A program made the position numbers and the translations under genes. From Eledone cirrhosa (taxonomy: Eukaryota), in assembly GCA_964016885.1 (NCBI GenBank), contig CAXHJY010000343.1:1-64000 (forward strand): DNA of 64,000 nucleotides, given 5' to 3'. Numbering within the stretch: position 1 is the first letter of the stretch; each line of letters starts with the position of its first letter. Under the pieces are notes generated by a model. That model ran no database searches and was not told the origin of the DNA. It was given only the letters and a program-made list of their open reading frames with translations. Shown piece by piece: positions 34,920-52,748 of the stretch.

Positions 34920-35385
34920 CATCATCATCATCACCATCATCACCGTTTTAGGTCCATTCTTTCACGCTAGCATGGGTTAGACTGGTTGTCCTGTTGTGGG
35001 CAGTGTCAAGTCGGCTGACCTTGGCTTGCTCACATGGAACTGATTCTGGCTTGATTTCTACAGCTGGATGCCCTTCCTAACACCACCCTCATTTACAGTG
35101 AGTGCTGGGTATTTTTCCATGACACCTCCCCGACCACTTTACAGTGGGAGGGGGTGGGGGCATATTGTCTATATGTTTCAGCTTCGGCTTGTACCTGTGG
35201 GAAGTCAGGTCTTCTGTATTACTGCGTGACGCCAGAGGTCTCGGTCCTGTGTTATCGCCTTTGAGAGGTGCAATTGGTCAACGTCAGCTTTTATCACCTC
35301 ATCCCAGGTCTTCTTGTGTCTCCCCACTCCAAGACTTCCATCGACTTTTAGTGCTCTGCACCTTTTTATGCAGCTGTCATTTCAC
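34920..35385 (-). mobile_element. RTE 3' end, diverged
   Basis: (CAT)n followed by the reverse complement of the RTE 3' UTR and ORF end. Confidence 0.85.
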
Positions 35386-35399
35386 TAAAATATATATTT

Positions 35400-36105
35400 A
35401 GGAAAACCCTACAAGATGTGTATGACAAGAAAGAAGACGAATTAGAATTGTATGACAGAGTACCTTGTGGAATCGTCTGATATGGGTGGCTATATTAGCA
35501 GCGTCCCTGCATCTGTTGTACATGCAAGCCATTTTGTTGAAGATGTACCCTCTTTTAGAGCTGTTGGGGAGGGCAGATTTGTAATGCACAAACAGGTCCC
35601 TGCTGGCTGCTTTGTGGTAGAAATTGGTGTGGATTTCATCGCTATCAGAGATGTTCACTCTGAAATAAAGTAAAGCAAGGGACCTAGAGTCGGTGGGATG
35701 TTTGATGCTGAACTTGATGTTATTGTCATCATTGTTGAAATATTCGAAAATCTTGTTGGCATTCTCCTTGGTGGATGTGAGGATGAGTAAATCATCCACA
35801 TATCTAGTGAAGCAAGTGCAGGTGTCACAGGAGCTGAGTACTCAGCGTTCAAGCCTGTTCATATATGAAATGACCAGTAAACCCGAGAGGCTGGATCCCT
35901 TTGGTAGCCCAAAGTTCTGTCGGTAGGTTTGTCCCAGGAAGTTGAAAAATGCGTTGTTTACAATGATGTATAGGAGTTGGAGGACGTTGGTGGTGGTGAG
36001 GCCGAAACAATCCAGGTCGCTGAAACCAACAAATTCAATGAGTATGTCCACTGCCAGGAGTGCAGGTACCGATGTGTAGAGGGATACTACATCTAGACTG
36101 AAGGT
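35400..36105 (-). pseudogene. Penelope/Poseidon-type RT fragment (third PLE family)
   Basis: SLDVVSLYTSVP, QNFGLPKGSSLSG, RYVDDLLI, NIKFS, LFVHYKSALP. Confidence 0.85.
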
Positions 36106-36485
36106 CTACCTGTTGGATTTGAGGGTGTCAAGTTCTAGTTGGTTGAACTTTATGGGGTCTGTTTCTGTTTTAATGTGTTTTGGTGTAAAGTTAAAGAAAG
36201 CGGGGCCAATTGAGGTGAAATAATTGTTGACTTGTATGAAGGCAGATTTAACTTAAATCTGCCTTCCAAGTCAACTCTGATTGATCCTTTAAGTCTATCA
36301 TAGAGATGCTCCCTTGATAATGGGTTTTTAAACCTGAAAATATTTGGGATTATTAAATTTGATAAGGTAAGATGTTTTTGTTATCTTAGCAATTTTAATT
36401 TTGGTACTAGAAATGGGGAAGCTGAAGGATCCTGGAATTCTGTGATGCTAATAACCTAACTATCTGTAACACAAACTTCAAAAAA

Positions 36486-39156
36486 TGAGACAATCATTTG
36501 ATCACCTGTAGATCAGGGAAAGACACCAGCCAGGTAGATTATATCCTTACCAGAAGATGTGACAGATTGTCTTTTGTAAACACTAAGTCCTTCCCCATGA
36601 AGAATGCAGTTCCCAATATAACCTTATAGTTAGTGACCTCATAGTCAGGACTAGACGTACTCGACAACAGGAGACTAGCCTGACAAGAAGAATATGGAAG
36701 TTGAAGGACCCCACAGCTAGTCACAAATTTAAAAGCATATTACTTGATGCTTTTGACAGTAAGGAAGAGCAATTAGAGACGTACAATATAGAGGAACAGT
36801 GTGAATTCCTGAAAGTTAAACCTGCTGAAGGTGACAGATGAAATCTGTGGCTGGAGCAGACCTATAGGCAGGAGGAGTGTAACTTGGTTGTGGAACAGTA
36901 AGGTGGAGGAGTCAATCAAGGCCAGAAAGAAGGCTTGGAATGTATGACGGAAGTAGAAAACACTATCGAGAGGCCAGGAGAGAAGCTAGGAGACAAGTGT
37001 ATGTTACAAGGAGGGACGCAGAGGATAGAAAGTTCAAGTATGTTCTACAACACGAGGACCAACAACGTGAGGTGTTCAGGATTGCAAGACAATGTGTCAA
37101 GGAAAACTGTGATATTGTTGGGGAGAAGTGTGTCCGTCATGATGATGGTGTACTTGCCCTCACTGATACTGATAAGAAGGTAGCTTGGAAGTGTCACTAC
37201 AAAAGGCTACTAAATGAGGAGAATAAATGGGAAAAAGATTGTCTGCCCCAAATCGATCCAATAGAGGGACCATCGGTGCAAGTTAATTGTATTATAGTAA
37301 GTAATGCCATCAAAGATATGAAGACAGGCAAGGCAGCTGGGCCTTCAGAGATAGTTGACGAGATGTTGAAAGCATCTGTAATTGTGGGACATACTATGGT
37401 CAGCCGGATAGTAAATCAAGTAATACAGAATGGGGCCATAACAAAGAACTGGGGTAGCAGCATCGTCATTAACTACTACAAGGGTTAATGGGATGCTCTA
37501 GAGTGGGGAAACTATAGAGGCATTAAGTTAGTTGACCAGGTCATGCAGGTCACAGAAAGAGTTATTGCACAACTAATCAGAGATCGAATTGATATAGATG
37601 AAATGCAGTTTGGGTTTTTGCCAGGTAAAAGTACCACAGATGCCCTTTTCATTGTATGACAACTACAGGAGGTGTACCTAGCTTAAAGTAAACCCCTCTA
37701 CCTAGCTTTTGTTGACTTGGAGAAAGCCTTTGACAGAGTCTCCCGCTCCATTATATGGTGGGCTCTTAGAAAACTAGGTGTAGATGAATGGCTTGTAAGA
37801 GCTATACAAGCCATGTATAAAGAAACAGTCAGCAAGGTTAGAATTAACAATGAATACAGTGAAGAATTTAGCATAAAAGTAGGTGTTTATAGAGGCTCCG
37901 TCCTTATCCCCCTCTTGTTTATTATTGCCCATGGGAACTTCTATATGCAGATGATCTAACTCTCATAGCTGAATCTTTGGCTGAACTAGAGAAGAAATTC
38001 CAAACATGGAAGCATGGCCTTGAATCAAAAGGCCTTAAAATTAACTTATCTAAGACTAAAGTTCTAGTTTGTAGAAAGGAAAAGAGGAAAACAGGTGCCC
38101 TCTGGGACATGGCCTTGCTCAGTGTGTAGGAAAGGAGTAGGTAGAAATTTGATTCCTATGCCCCAAATGCAAACTATGGGTACATAAAAGATGTAGTGGG
38201 ATCACAGGTAAGCTATCTAAAAATGTTGATTATATGTGTTGCTAATGCTCATGTGCAGTAGGTAGCGAGTGCCCACAGGACACTAGCTCCTTCTACTGCT
38301 CAGATGGTTCTATAGAAATAGTGGACACTCTCTGTTAGCTGGGTGACAGAATCAGCAATGGAGGAGGGTGTTTTGAAAGTACAGTAGCCTGAGTCAGAAC
38401 GCGATGGAAAAAGTTCAGAGAGCTTATACCACTATTGATCACTAAAGGTTTCTCTCTAAAACTGAAATGCAGATTGTATGATGCCTGTATACGAACAGCA
38501 ATGCTACATGGCAGTGAGATGGCAAAGGGATCAGATGCTGTTTCCTTGACAGAAGATTACGTTGGTATGGTCATGTGATGCGCCTGAAAGATGACAGCTT
38601 TATAAAAAAAGTGCAGGGTGATCAAAATTGATGGAAGTTACGGAGTAGGTAGACCCAGAAAAAACATGGCACACTTACACCTCTCTAAGACAATGTCACT
38701 GTATCGAGACCTTTGGCGCTACACAGTAATACAGAAGACCCGCCTTCCCTATGTACAAAGTGAAACCTACAGTATATAGGACCCTCCTAACCAAATATAT
38801 ACCCCAACCCACTACCCCTACTCCATCCTCCAGCTCCCACCAACACCACCCTGTCTCTGTAAACTTATGTTGGTACCACAACATCCTGTCCAAACTAAAG
38901 AGATTGTATGGGTGTCACGACAAAAAAGCACCCAGTCCACGTTGTAAAGTGGTCGTGTATGTAACACGGTAAAAAAGGCTTCCAGTCCACACTGTAAATG
39001 TGGTTGGTGTTAGGAAGGGCATCCAGCTGTAGAAAACCTGCCAGATACAGTCTTATACGAGCGAGACACGGTCACCCGATGAATCTTGCCCAAGTGGGAC
39101 ATTTCCCGTCTAACCCATGCTAGCATGGAAGATAGATGTTAAACGAAGATGATGAT
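36486..39156 (+). mobile_element. Degraded RTE LINE (AP-endonuclease C-terminus, RT, tail)
   Basis: [17 protein letters not shown], multiple stops and deletions. Confidence 0.92.
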
Positions 39157-39266
39157 ATATATATATATATATTTTGGTCTTTAATGTAAAGAAATACCTA
39201 TGATTCATAGTAGATCATTGATGATGGATAGTCCTGGCTTCTCTTTCTAATTCTTCATTTAATTTG

Positions 39267-39308
<42 letters not shown>

Positions 39309-39664
39309 GAGGTTATATTTAATTTGTTGGGATTCAACAAGCTTAAACATTTTTATAACTGATATAAAGCACTCAACATTCACTCTGTCTATCTCCACTA
39401 TCACTATGTATAATCGTTCTTTCTTTCCTCTTCTCTCTTTCTCCTTCCTTTTCTTTTTTTCTCTCTCCTTACATATCATCTTCTTCCAACAGTTTAATTT
39501 AAATAAACCGTTATCTTTTCAACTTTTCGGACACTCATTTGCATACTCCCTCATAACTTTGTATTACCCTCAATAAAATATTATCCCCATTATCCAGGAA
39601 GCTCCAACCCTTAAGGTTGTTTTTTTTTCCCGGTATCTCAATATTTATTGATAAAACAAATCTG

Positions 39665-39730
39665 TATTTTATCTGATGAAAGCGCACCATAATTTGCCTT
39701 GGTTGCCCTTGAAATATATATAATAAAATA
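39665..39730 (+). ncRNA. Hammerhead ribozyme in ~460-bp pLTR-like insert (duplicate at 48514-48579)
   Basis: TATTTTAT-CTGATGA-AAGCGCACCA..TGGTTGCCCTT-GAAA-TATATA-TA^ATAAAATA. Confidence 0.8.
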
Positions 39731-39781
39731 AATATGGTTTTATAAATATAGTTTCCATTTAATTATATATATATATATCTA

Positions 39782-39819
<38 letters not shown>

Positions 39820-40364
39820 ACGAATGAATTGTGGTAAGGAACCAGATGGACCATAACGCACCAGAGTACTCAATACTTAGGGTAGTAGAGTGGGGAATAG
39901 GAAAAGGTATGACCCCGACGGCAGAGCTCAAGCCATTTCGACGGCTATTTCAGTCCAGAATTAGCCGTCGAAACGGTTTGAGCTCTGCCGTTGGGGTCAC
40001 ACCTTTTCCTATTACCCACTCTATGACTTATGTTTCGTCACTATATATATATATGTGTGTGTGTGTGTGTATATATATATACACACGTTGAATTGTATTA
40101 ATTCTTTCATTGAACGAAACTAGTTCTGTAATTGTATGTAAGAATATAAATATGTTTAGTTAATTTCTAAAGAAATGAGGTCATAGCAGTATTTGTCGTT
40201 TTTTTTCGGCTGTGCGGGTGATTTTAGGCATAATCTCTCTGTGTTGGTAATTTAACGATGGTTATAGCTCTGATTTATCCAAATTATTGAGCCCTCTGCC
40301 ACACATATCGGATATTGTTTATCGTTAATTCGTGAGCTGTTTTTCCGATTCTCGATTATTCTAC

Positions 40365-40395
<31 letters not shown>

Positions 40396-40446
40396 AATAA
40401 ATATATACATATATACTACATTTATACCTTTTGTCTGCGTTGATAC

Positions 40447-40538
<92 letters not shown>

Positions 40539-40589
40539 AATAAATATATACATACATACTACATTTATGCCTTTTGTCTGTGTTGATAC

Positions 40590-40645
<56 letters not shown>

Positions 40646-40753
40646 ATGTATGTATAATAAACATATATATATATATATATATATGTATGTATATATATAT
40701 ATAATAAATATATACAGATACACTAAATTTATACCTTTTGTCTGTGTTGATAC

Positions 40754-40805
<52 letters not shown>

Positions 40806-40971
40806 GTATGTATGTATGTATAATAAATATATACATATATACTACATTTATACCTTTTGTCTGTGTTGATATGTGTATATATATATATATATATATACAT
40901 ATGTATGTATAATAAATATATACGTGTATATAAAGACGCAAAGCTCATTGAAATGTATAGAAATAATGATA

Positions 40972-41113
40972 TTGGTAGTGGTGGTAGTGGTAGTGGTAGT
41001 GGTAGTGGTAGTGGTGGTAGTGGTAGTGGTGGTGGTTGTGGTAGTGGTGGTGGTAGTGGTAGTGGTAGTGGTGGTGGTGGTAGTGGTGGTGGTGGTGGTG
41101 GTTGTGGTAGTGG
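40972..41113. repeat. (GGT)n/(GGTAGT)n repeat
   Basis: Direct inspection. Confidence 0.95.
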
Positions 41114-41348
41114 TGTGTGTGTGTGTGTGTGTGTGTTTTGTTATTTTGAGTTTTTTTGTTTGTTGTTTCTTTTTGTTATCGTTTGATGCCGCTGTTGTTG
41201 TTGTTGTTGTAAATGTTCATTTCAATTCATTCTGAAGCTGTTGTTGCTGTAAACATTAGTGCCTGTGTTGTAGATGTTGGGGTTGAAGTCTGGTCGTTTG
41301 ACTGAGTGATGTATATACACATATATACATACATATATATATATATAT

Positions 41349-42329
41349 ATTGTTATACTTGGGGAGGGTCATATTTGTGAAATATTGCCAGAATTAATAA
41401 CAGAACACACTCACTGTTTGGTTGGTTTTCGCTTCTGTGTCTTCTATATCAGTAATCTAATTTATTCGGTCCTCAATGTTGCCATTGACTGACCAACGGT
41501 CAAAAATAATACAGATACAATATAGACACAAACACATATATATAGTTTATCAAAGTTCTTTCGTTGCACATCTGCAACATCGTCAGTGGTGCTATTGTTT
41601 CCTCCTGTTGCATTGTATTTTCTACGCCATCTTTATTTAGTCTGTTTATATATTTATTTATTTATTTGTTTGTTTGTTTATTTTATTTTGTCTTCTTTGC
41701 GCATGCGTTTGCTTGTGTAAATAGTGTTTTGTTTGATGTGTGTTCGTGATTGGGTGACTGTGTATTGGTTAATGTATTCTATCTTTACTAGTGTGTGTTT
41801 ATATGTGTTTGTTGTTATTGTGCTTGTGTATGTATTTATTTATCTATTTATTTATTTATACTTCTCTTAGGTCAGTGTTATTTGTTTGGGTGTTGTTGTT
41901 ATTCCATTCATTCTTTCTGTTTAGTCTTGGCCTTCTAAGTTCTATTTCACTGGCCTCTCTGATTTGCCTATCTGCTGGGTCATTTCTATGTTTAGATATT
42001 CTAATTTATATGTTGTCTATGTTACCGTCGTGTTTTTGTCTGGCATGTTCGTATAGTACTGACCCGTTTTTTCGTCCTTTTAGTTCCCCCCAGTGTTGGT
42101 CTATCCTTTCACCTATGCTACGAGCTGTCTCGCCTATGTATGCTGTTGTCATGTTTCTGCAAGAACCCTCTGTACATATTATGCTATAGACTACGTTTCG
42201 CGAAAAGCGAAAACCAACCAAACAGTGAGTGTGTTCTGTTATTAATTCTGGCAATATTACACAAATATGACCCTCCACAAGTATAACAATATTTGTTTCA
42301 ACACACGATTTCATATAAAAACCTCGCAA

Positions 42330-42332
<3 letters not shown>
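41349..42332 (-). mobile_element. Truncated PLE (fourth family): GIY-YIG fragment, ~85-bp inverted ends, degenerate HHR ~41548-41596
   Basis: RNVVYSIIC..C..YIGETARSIGERIDQH; 41349-41434 inverted at 42205-42290; CTGACGA-TGTTGCA GATG TGCAAC-GAAA-GAAC-TT. Confidence 0.8.
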
Positions 42333-42416
<84 letters not shown>

Positions 42417-42834
42417 TTCAACACAGAGTAGAGAGTTTGACAACAGGTCGGTAACTTTAGTCTAGATAGGGTAATGACATGTGATGGTGGGGAGAGAGTG
42501 TAGACGTTATTGTGGTGGACAGTGAGATGTATCTAGTTCATTTATCCGTTTTCTTCTCTTTGCAAAATTTGAATTTTAGCCATGTTATATTGAGATGTAA
42601 GTAAATGTAAAATGTAAAATATAAATAAGGATTGCTCTGGTAAAATATACTAAAATATTTGTGTAACTTCCCCAAACTTCTGTCGTGACATTCCCGAGTC
42701 CAGTGACCAAAAAATTGTTGTATTTTAATGTTTCAGAATACAAAAATTAATTAAAAACTTACCCCACCAAAAGACAGCGTGTGTTGTCCTATCTATAAGC
42801 TCCCTCATCATGTATGTATATATATGTATGTATG

Positions 42835-42878
<44 letters not shown>

Positions 42879-42881
<3 letters not shown>

Positions 42882-43441
42882 GCTGCCAACTCGTTTTCTA
42901 GTTCGGCCACTACTTTATATCCATGTAGGAGAACTCCTACCGATGCGCTGAACGAGTGTGACTTTTTAGTCCAGCCAGCGACTTGAAAACTCTGGTACAA
43001 ACACTACACTTGTGACAATTATTGACTCATAGTGGTGGGCCCATGGTACCATGTGACGACAAGTGCAGAGAGATCTCCAGATATAAAGCAATGCCTGTGC
43101 CGTGAAACTTTTATAGTGAGCAAAGGCACTGCACAAAGCCATCCCACTCTCTTAACCAAGATGATATTTACCAAAAAGAAGAACAAGTCAACATCATTGG
43201 ATACCATCAGGGTTGCAGGTGTTATATCAGAGTTTTCCTTCTACTAGAATTCTGCCTTGACAAAGGCTAAGGGGTCATCTCTCCCGGTGATTTTGGATGG
43301 CCATTGACTCTTAAGAGCTCCTTTGCCCTTTGACAGGTTTTGTTTTTAGTCCTGCAGGATGTCCAAAGTCACCCGCCCCACCAAGAAACCTTGGTGGGGT
43401 TGCCAGTTTAGTCGCCAACGACCCGACCATAAGACAGGTTG
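42879..43441 (-). mobile_element. Second copy of the RTE-5'-leader-like repeat
   Basis: Homologous to 12590-13130. Confidence 0.55.
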
Positions 43442-43491
43442 TACATATATACATACATACATGTATATATATATATATATACGTGTATGGA

Positions 43492-43553
<62 letters not shown>

Positions 43554-43565
43554 CCTGTATGTATA

Positions 43566-43605
<40 letters not shown>

Positions 43606-43647
43606 CCTGTATGTATATATATATACATATATACCTGTATGAATGTA

Positions 43648-43778
<131 letters not shown>

Positions 43779-43827
43779 GTACCTGTATGTATATATATAC
43801 ATACATATATATATATATATATACCTG

Positions 43828-43876
<49 letters not shown>

Positions 43877-43927
43877 GTACCTGTATGTATATATATATAC
43901 ATACATATATATATATATACCTGTATG

Positions 43928-43967
<40 letters not shown>

Positions 43968-43975
43968 CCTGTATG

Positions 43976-44015
<40 letters not shown>

Positions 44016-44023
44016 CCTGTATG

Positions 44024-44069
<46 letters not shown>

Positions 44070-44093
44070 CATATATATATATATCTGTATGTA

Positions 44094-44126
<33 letters not shown>

Positions 44127-44135
44127 CTGTATGTA

Positions 44136-44168
<33 letters not shown>

Positions 44169-44426
44169 CTGTATGTATCATCATCATCATCATCATCATC
44201 AACGTTTAACGTCCGTGTTCCACGCTTGCATGGGTTTGGACGGGGGTAGTCCCACTTGAGGCAAGAGTGATTGTCTTGCTCGCATAGGACTGTCTTAATA
44301 TATATACATATATATATATATCTGTATGTATATATATATATATATTATATATATACATATATATATATATCTGTATGTATATATATATATATATTATATA
44401 TATACATATATATATATATCTGTATG

Positions 44427-44457
<31 letters not shown>

Positions 44458-44460
44458 CTG

Positions 44461-44523
<63 letters not shown>

Positions 44524-44563
44524 ATATATATATGTGTATATATATATATGTGTATATATATAT

Positions 44564-47506
<2,943 letters not shown>

Positions 47507-47616
47507 ATATATATATATATATTTTGGTCTTTAATGTAAAGAAATACCTATGATTCATAGTAGATCATTGATGATGGATAGTCCTGGCTTCTCTTTCTAA
47601 TTCTTCATTTAATTTG

Positions 47617-47669
<53 letters not shown>

Positions 47670-47971
47670 ACAAATAACGAAACGAAATTAAATTTCGTTT
47701 CGTTTGTAACTCACTTTTGTATGACTGACGCTTAAACAATTAAGTTAAAAAATTAAGTTAAAAATGTACATCTACATATGCATACTGAAATACTAGTATG
47801 CATATGAATACACACACGTATACATATGTAGATGTACCAAGTCTTTCACTGGTTACTTTACTGTGAGTATCCAGCTATTCTGTATGTAAACACACAGACA
47901 AACCGGTTTTTAGAGTCATACTGGTTTTTGAGGAAACACCTTTCCTCTATTCTGCAGAAAGCCAGACAAGG

Positions 47972-48016
47972 AATATTGAACTAGTTTCGTTGTTGTTACA
48001 ACTCATCAGCAATATT
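47972..48016 (-). ncRNA. Minimal hammerhead ribozyme in a ~440-bp insert (47664-48106)
   Basis: AATATTG-CTGATGA-GTTGT AACA ACAAC-GAAA-CTAG-TT^CAATATT. Confidence 0.88.
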
Positions 48017-48103
48017 TACCTATCTACCGGCCTTTCTGGAGAATCGTAAAAGCACATATCGTTATATGCTTTTTCTATGAAAATTAGTAGTGGGCAGACT
48101 AAT

Positions 48104-48161
<58 letters not shown>

Positions 48162-48606
48162 GAGGTTATATTTAATTTGTTGGGATTCAACAAGCTTAAA
48201 CATTTTATAACATATATAAAGCACTCAACATTCACTCTGTCTATCTCCACTATCACTATGTATAATCGTTCTTTCTTTCCTCTTCTCTCTTTCTCCTTCC
48301 TTTTCTTTTTTTCTCTCTCCTTACATATCATCTTCCAACAGTTTAATTTAAATAAACCGTTATCTTTTCAACTTTTCGGACACTCATTTGCATACTCCCT
48401 CATAACTTTGTATTACCCTCAATAAAATATTATCCCCATTATCCAGGAAGCTCCAACCCTTAAGGTTGTTTTTTTTTCCCGGTATCTCAATATTTATTGA
48501 TAAAACAAATCTGTATTTTATCTGATGAAAGCGCACCATAATTTGCCTTGGTTGCCCTTGAAATATATATAATAAAATAAATATGGTTTTATAAATATAG
48601 TTTCCA

Positions 48607-48640
<34 letters not shown>

Positions 48641-48880
48641 ACGAAGGAATTGTGGTAAGGAACCAGATGGACCATAACGCACCAGAGTACTCAATACTTA
48701 GGGTAGTAGAGTCGGTAATAGGAACGAGTAGGACCCCGACTGCAGAGCTCAAGCCATTTCGACGGCTATTTCAGTCCAGAATTAGCCGTCGAAACGGTTT
48801 GAGCTCTGCCGTTGGGGTCACACCTTTTCCTATTACCCACTCTATGACTTATGTTTCGTCACTATATATATATATATATG

Positions 48881-49043
<163 letters not shown>

Positions 49044-49070
49044 AAATATATATATATATATATATGTATG

Positions 49071-49113
<43 letters not shown>

Positions 49114-49164
49114 AATAAATATATACATACATACTACATGTATGCCTTTTGTCTGTGTTGATAC

Positions 49165-49374
<210 letters not shown>

Positions 49375-49397
49375 ATATATATATATATATATGTATG

Positions 49398-49444
<47 letters not shown>

Positions 49445-49467
49445 ATATATATATATATATATGTATG

Positions 49468-49514
<47 letters not shown>

Positions 49515-49533
49515 AAATATATATATATGTATG

Positions 49534-49564
<31 letters not shown>

Positions 49565-49630
49565 GAATGTATGTATAATAAATATATACATACATACTAC
49601 ATTTATGCCTTTTGTCTGTGTTGATACGTG

Positions 49631-49745
<115 letters not shown>

Positions 49746-49820
49746 ATATATATATATGTATGTATGTATGTATATATATATATATATGTATGTATATATA
49801 TATGTATATATATATATATG

Positions 49821-49931
<111 letters not shown>

Positions 49932-50217
49932 AATAAATATATACATACATACTACATTTATGCCTTTTGTCTGTGTTGATACGTGTATATATATATATAT
50001 GCAGTTTAGGTATGATACATTTTATTACTAATTCTATCTAAATGTTTCTTCTCTCTTCATAATGTATGTTTAACTCTGATACTGGTTCAGTCTAGTTCAA
50101 CTGAATTGGTCTGTCCCAGTCATTCATTGAGCAACATCGGTGAGGTTGGCACCCTTAACTCACAGTTGGGTGCGGGTGCATTCATGTATATGTGTGTGTC
50201 CGCATGTATCTGTGTGT

Positions 50218-50267
<50 letters not shown>

Positions 50268-50400
50268 ATGTATGTATGATAAACATATATATGTATATGT
50301 ATGTATAATAAACATATATATATATATATATGTATGTATATGTATGTATAATAAATATATACAGATACACTAAATTTATACCATTTGTCTGTGTTGATAC

Positions 50401-50440
<40 letters not shown>

Positions 50441-50600
50441 GTATGTATGTATAATAAATATATACATATATACTACATTTATACCTTTTGTCTGTGTTGA
50501 TACGTGTGTATATATATATATATATATATGTATGTATAATAAATATATACGTGTATATAAAGACGCAAAACTCATTGAAATGTATAGAAATAATGATATT

Positions 50601-51570
50601 GGTGGTGGTGGTGGTGGTGGTGGTGGTGGTGGTGGTGGTAGTGGTGGCAGTAGTGGTGGTGGTGGTGGTGGTGGTAGTGGTGGCAGTAGTGGTGGTAGTG
50701 GTGGTAGTGGTGGTGGTGGTGGTAGTGGTGGTCGTGGTAGTGGTAGTGGGGTTGGCAGTGGTGGTAGTTGTGGTGGTGGTGGTAGTTGTGGTGGCGGTGG
50801 TGGTAGTGGGGTAGTAGTGGTGGTAATGGTGGTAGTAGTGGTGGTGGTATTGGTGGTAGTGGTGGTGGTGGTGGTGGTGGTGGTGGTGGTAGTGGTGGTG
50901 GTGGTAGTGGTGGTGGTGGTGGTAGTGGTGGTGGCAGTAGTGGTGGTGGTAGTGGTGGTAGTGGTAGTGGTGGTGGTGGTGGTAGTAGTGGTGGTAGTAG
51001 TGGTGGTGGTGGTGGTGGTGGTAGTGGTGGTGGTGGTGGTGGTAGAGGTGGTAGTGGTGGTGGTGGTAGTGGTAGTGGTGGTAGTGGTGTTGGTAGTGGT
51101 GGTAGTTGTGGTGGTGGTGGTAGTGGTGGTGGCGGTGCTGGTAGTGGCGGTGGTGGTGGTAGTGGCGGTGGTGGTGATGGCGGTGGTGGTGATGGCAGTG
51201 GGGGTAGTAGTGGTGGTAATGGTGGTAGTAGTGGTGGTGGTATTGGTGGTAGTGGTGGTGGTGGTAGTGGTGGTAGTGGTGGTGGTGGTGGTGATGGCAG
51301 TGGTGGTAGTGTTGGTGGTAATAGTGGTAGTAGTGGAGGTGGTGGTGGTGGTAGTGGTAGTAGTGGTGGTGGTAGTGGTAGTAGTGGTGGTGGTAGTGGT
51401 AGTTGTGGTGGTGGTGGTAGTGGTGGTAGTGTTGGTGGTAATAGTGGTAGTAGTGGAGGTGGTAGTGGTGGTAGTGGTAGTAGTGGTGGTGGTAGTGGTA
51501 GTAGTGGTGGTGGTAGTGGTAGTTGTGGTGGTGGTGGTAGTGGTGGTGGTGGTGATGGCAGTGGTGGTAG
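50601..51570. repeat. ~1 kb (GGT)n/(AGT)n trinucleotide repeat
   Basis: Direct inspection. Confidence 0.97.
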
Positions 51571-51599
51571 TGATACATGTGAACTGCAAAGCATAAATA

Positions 51600-52231
51600 A
51601 ACTGAGATGAAATTAGGCATAAGAAGGATCAGATGCAGTGTACAGGAGAGGAGAATGTATTAGTATGGACATGTGATGTGTATGGGGGTTGACAGCTGTA
51701 TAAAAAAGTGCAGAGCACTCAAAGTTGAAGGGAGCTATGGAGATGTTGGAAGACTTGGGATGAGGTGATAAAAGCTGACCTTGCACAATTACACTTCTCA
51801 AAGGGTATGACACAGGACCATGATCTCTGGCACTATGCTGTCATACAGAAGACCCACCTTCCCCTATGAAGGGGCTGAGGCATACATCTAGTATGCACCA
51901 CCTTCCATCCCATAGACCTTCCACGTTGTAGTCACCCCACCCTTATATCTACCTCTTCAATTCCCCATGCATCTCACCCACCCAGGTCCCCTAACAACAC
52001 TATATAAGTGGTCAGCTTGGCACCACGACAATGAGTGCCCAATCGACACTGGAAAGTGGTCGTGTTGGTAACATGACTAAAAGCACCCAGTACACATTGT
52101 TGTTGGCATTAGGACAACCAGACATAGAAATGAAGCCAAAATCAGTTCTGTGTGAGCAAAACATGGTCCTCTGACATGGCTCATCTAACCCATGCTAGCG
52201 TGGAAAATGGACGTTGAATGATGAAGATGAT
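51600..52231 (+). mobile_element. Old RTE 3' fragment
   Basis: [18 protein letters not shown] remnant plus aacccatgctagcgtggaaaatggacg tail. Confidence 0.8.
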
Positions 52232-52242
52232 ATCTGCATACA

Positions 52243-52748
52243 CAGGGTCGGTGACAGACTAGCTGGCACCCTAGGCAAGCTGACAATCTGGTACCCTCAA
52301 AGGAAAATATCAATTTCAAAATTTATAAATAAAAAAATGTTTGTTTTATATTTTCACCATGTATTTGTCTCTGTATGAAATAAAAGTGAAATATATCTAT
52401 TTTTTTTTTTTTTTTAATCAGTGCCCTAGGCAGCGCCACTTGAAATCAGTGCCCTAGGCAGCGCCACTTGAAATCTGTGCTCTAGCCAGCTCCACTTGAA
52501 ATCAGTACCCCAGGCAGTGCCACTTGAAATCAGTGCCCTAGGCAGTGCCACTTGAAATCAGTGCCCTAGCCAGCTCCACTTGAAATCAGTACCCCAGGCA
52601 GTGCCACTTGAAATCAGTGCCCTAGTCAGTGCCACTTGAAATCTGTGTCCTAGCCAGCTCCACTTGAAATCAGTACCCTAGGCAGTGCCACTTGAAATCA
52701 GTGCCCTAGGCAGCTGCCTAGTTTGCCTATAGGGTAGCACCAGCCCTC
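52243..52748. mobile_element. hAT-type MITE containing a 28-bp minisatellite (inverted copy 58399-59047)
   Basis: Imperfect TIR CAGGGTCGGTG / CACCAGCCCT; 8-bp TSD-like flanks (TGTATACA / TGTATGCA in the second copy); unit GTGCCCTAGGCAGTGCCACTTGAAATCA. Confidence 0.75.

Noticed and set aside
36125-36270. Possible CR1-like LINE C-terminal remnant on the - strand (NYFTSIGPAFFN)
   Set aside because: Too short and degraded to support a call
40085-40135. GAAA-CTAG-TT half-hammerhead
   Set aside because: No upstream CUGANGA core
41349-42290. DNA transposon suggested by inverted ends (also 61906-63184)
   Set aside because: No TSD or transposase; GIY-YIG and HHR content fit PLE inverted pLTRs better
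50120-51620. Poly-T/P/H/V/G ORFs resembling mucin or extensin
   Set aside because: (GGT)n repeat is open in many frames and differs about 7-fold in length from its paralog
52417-52715. 28-bp repeats of CRISPR-like length (also 58430-58850)
   Set aside because: Head-to-tail with no spacers, inside a MITE, eukaryotic context, no cas genes
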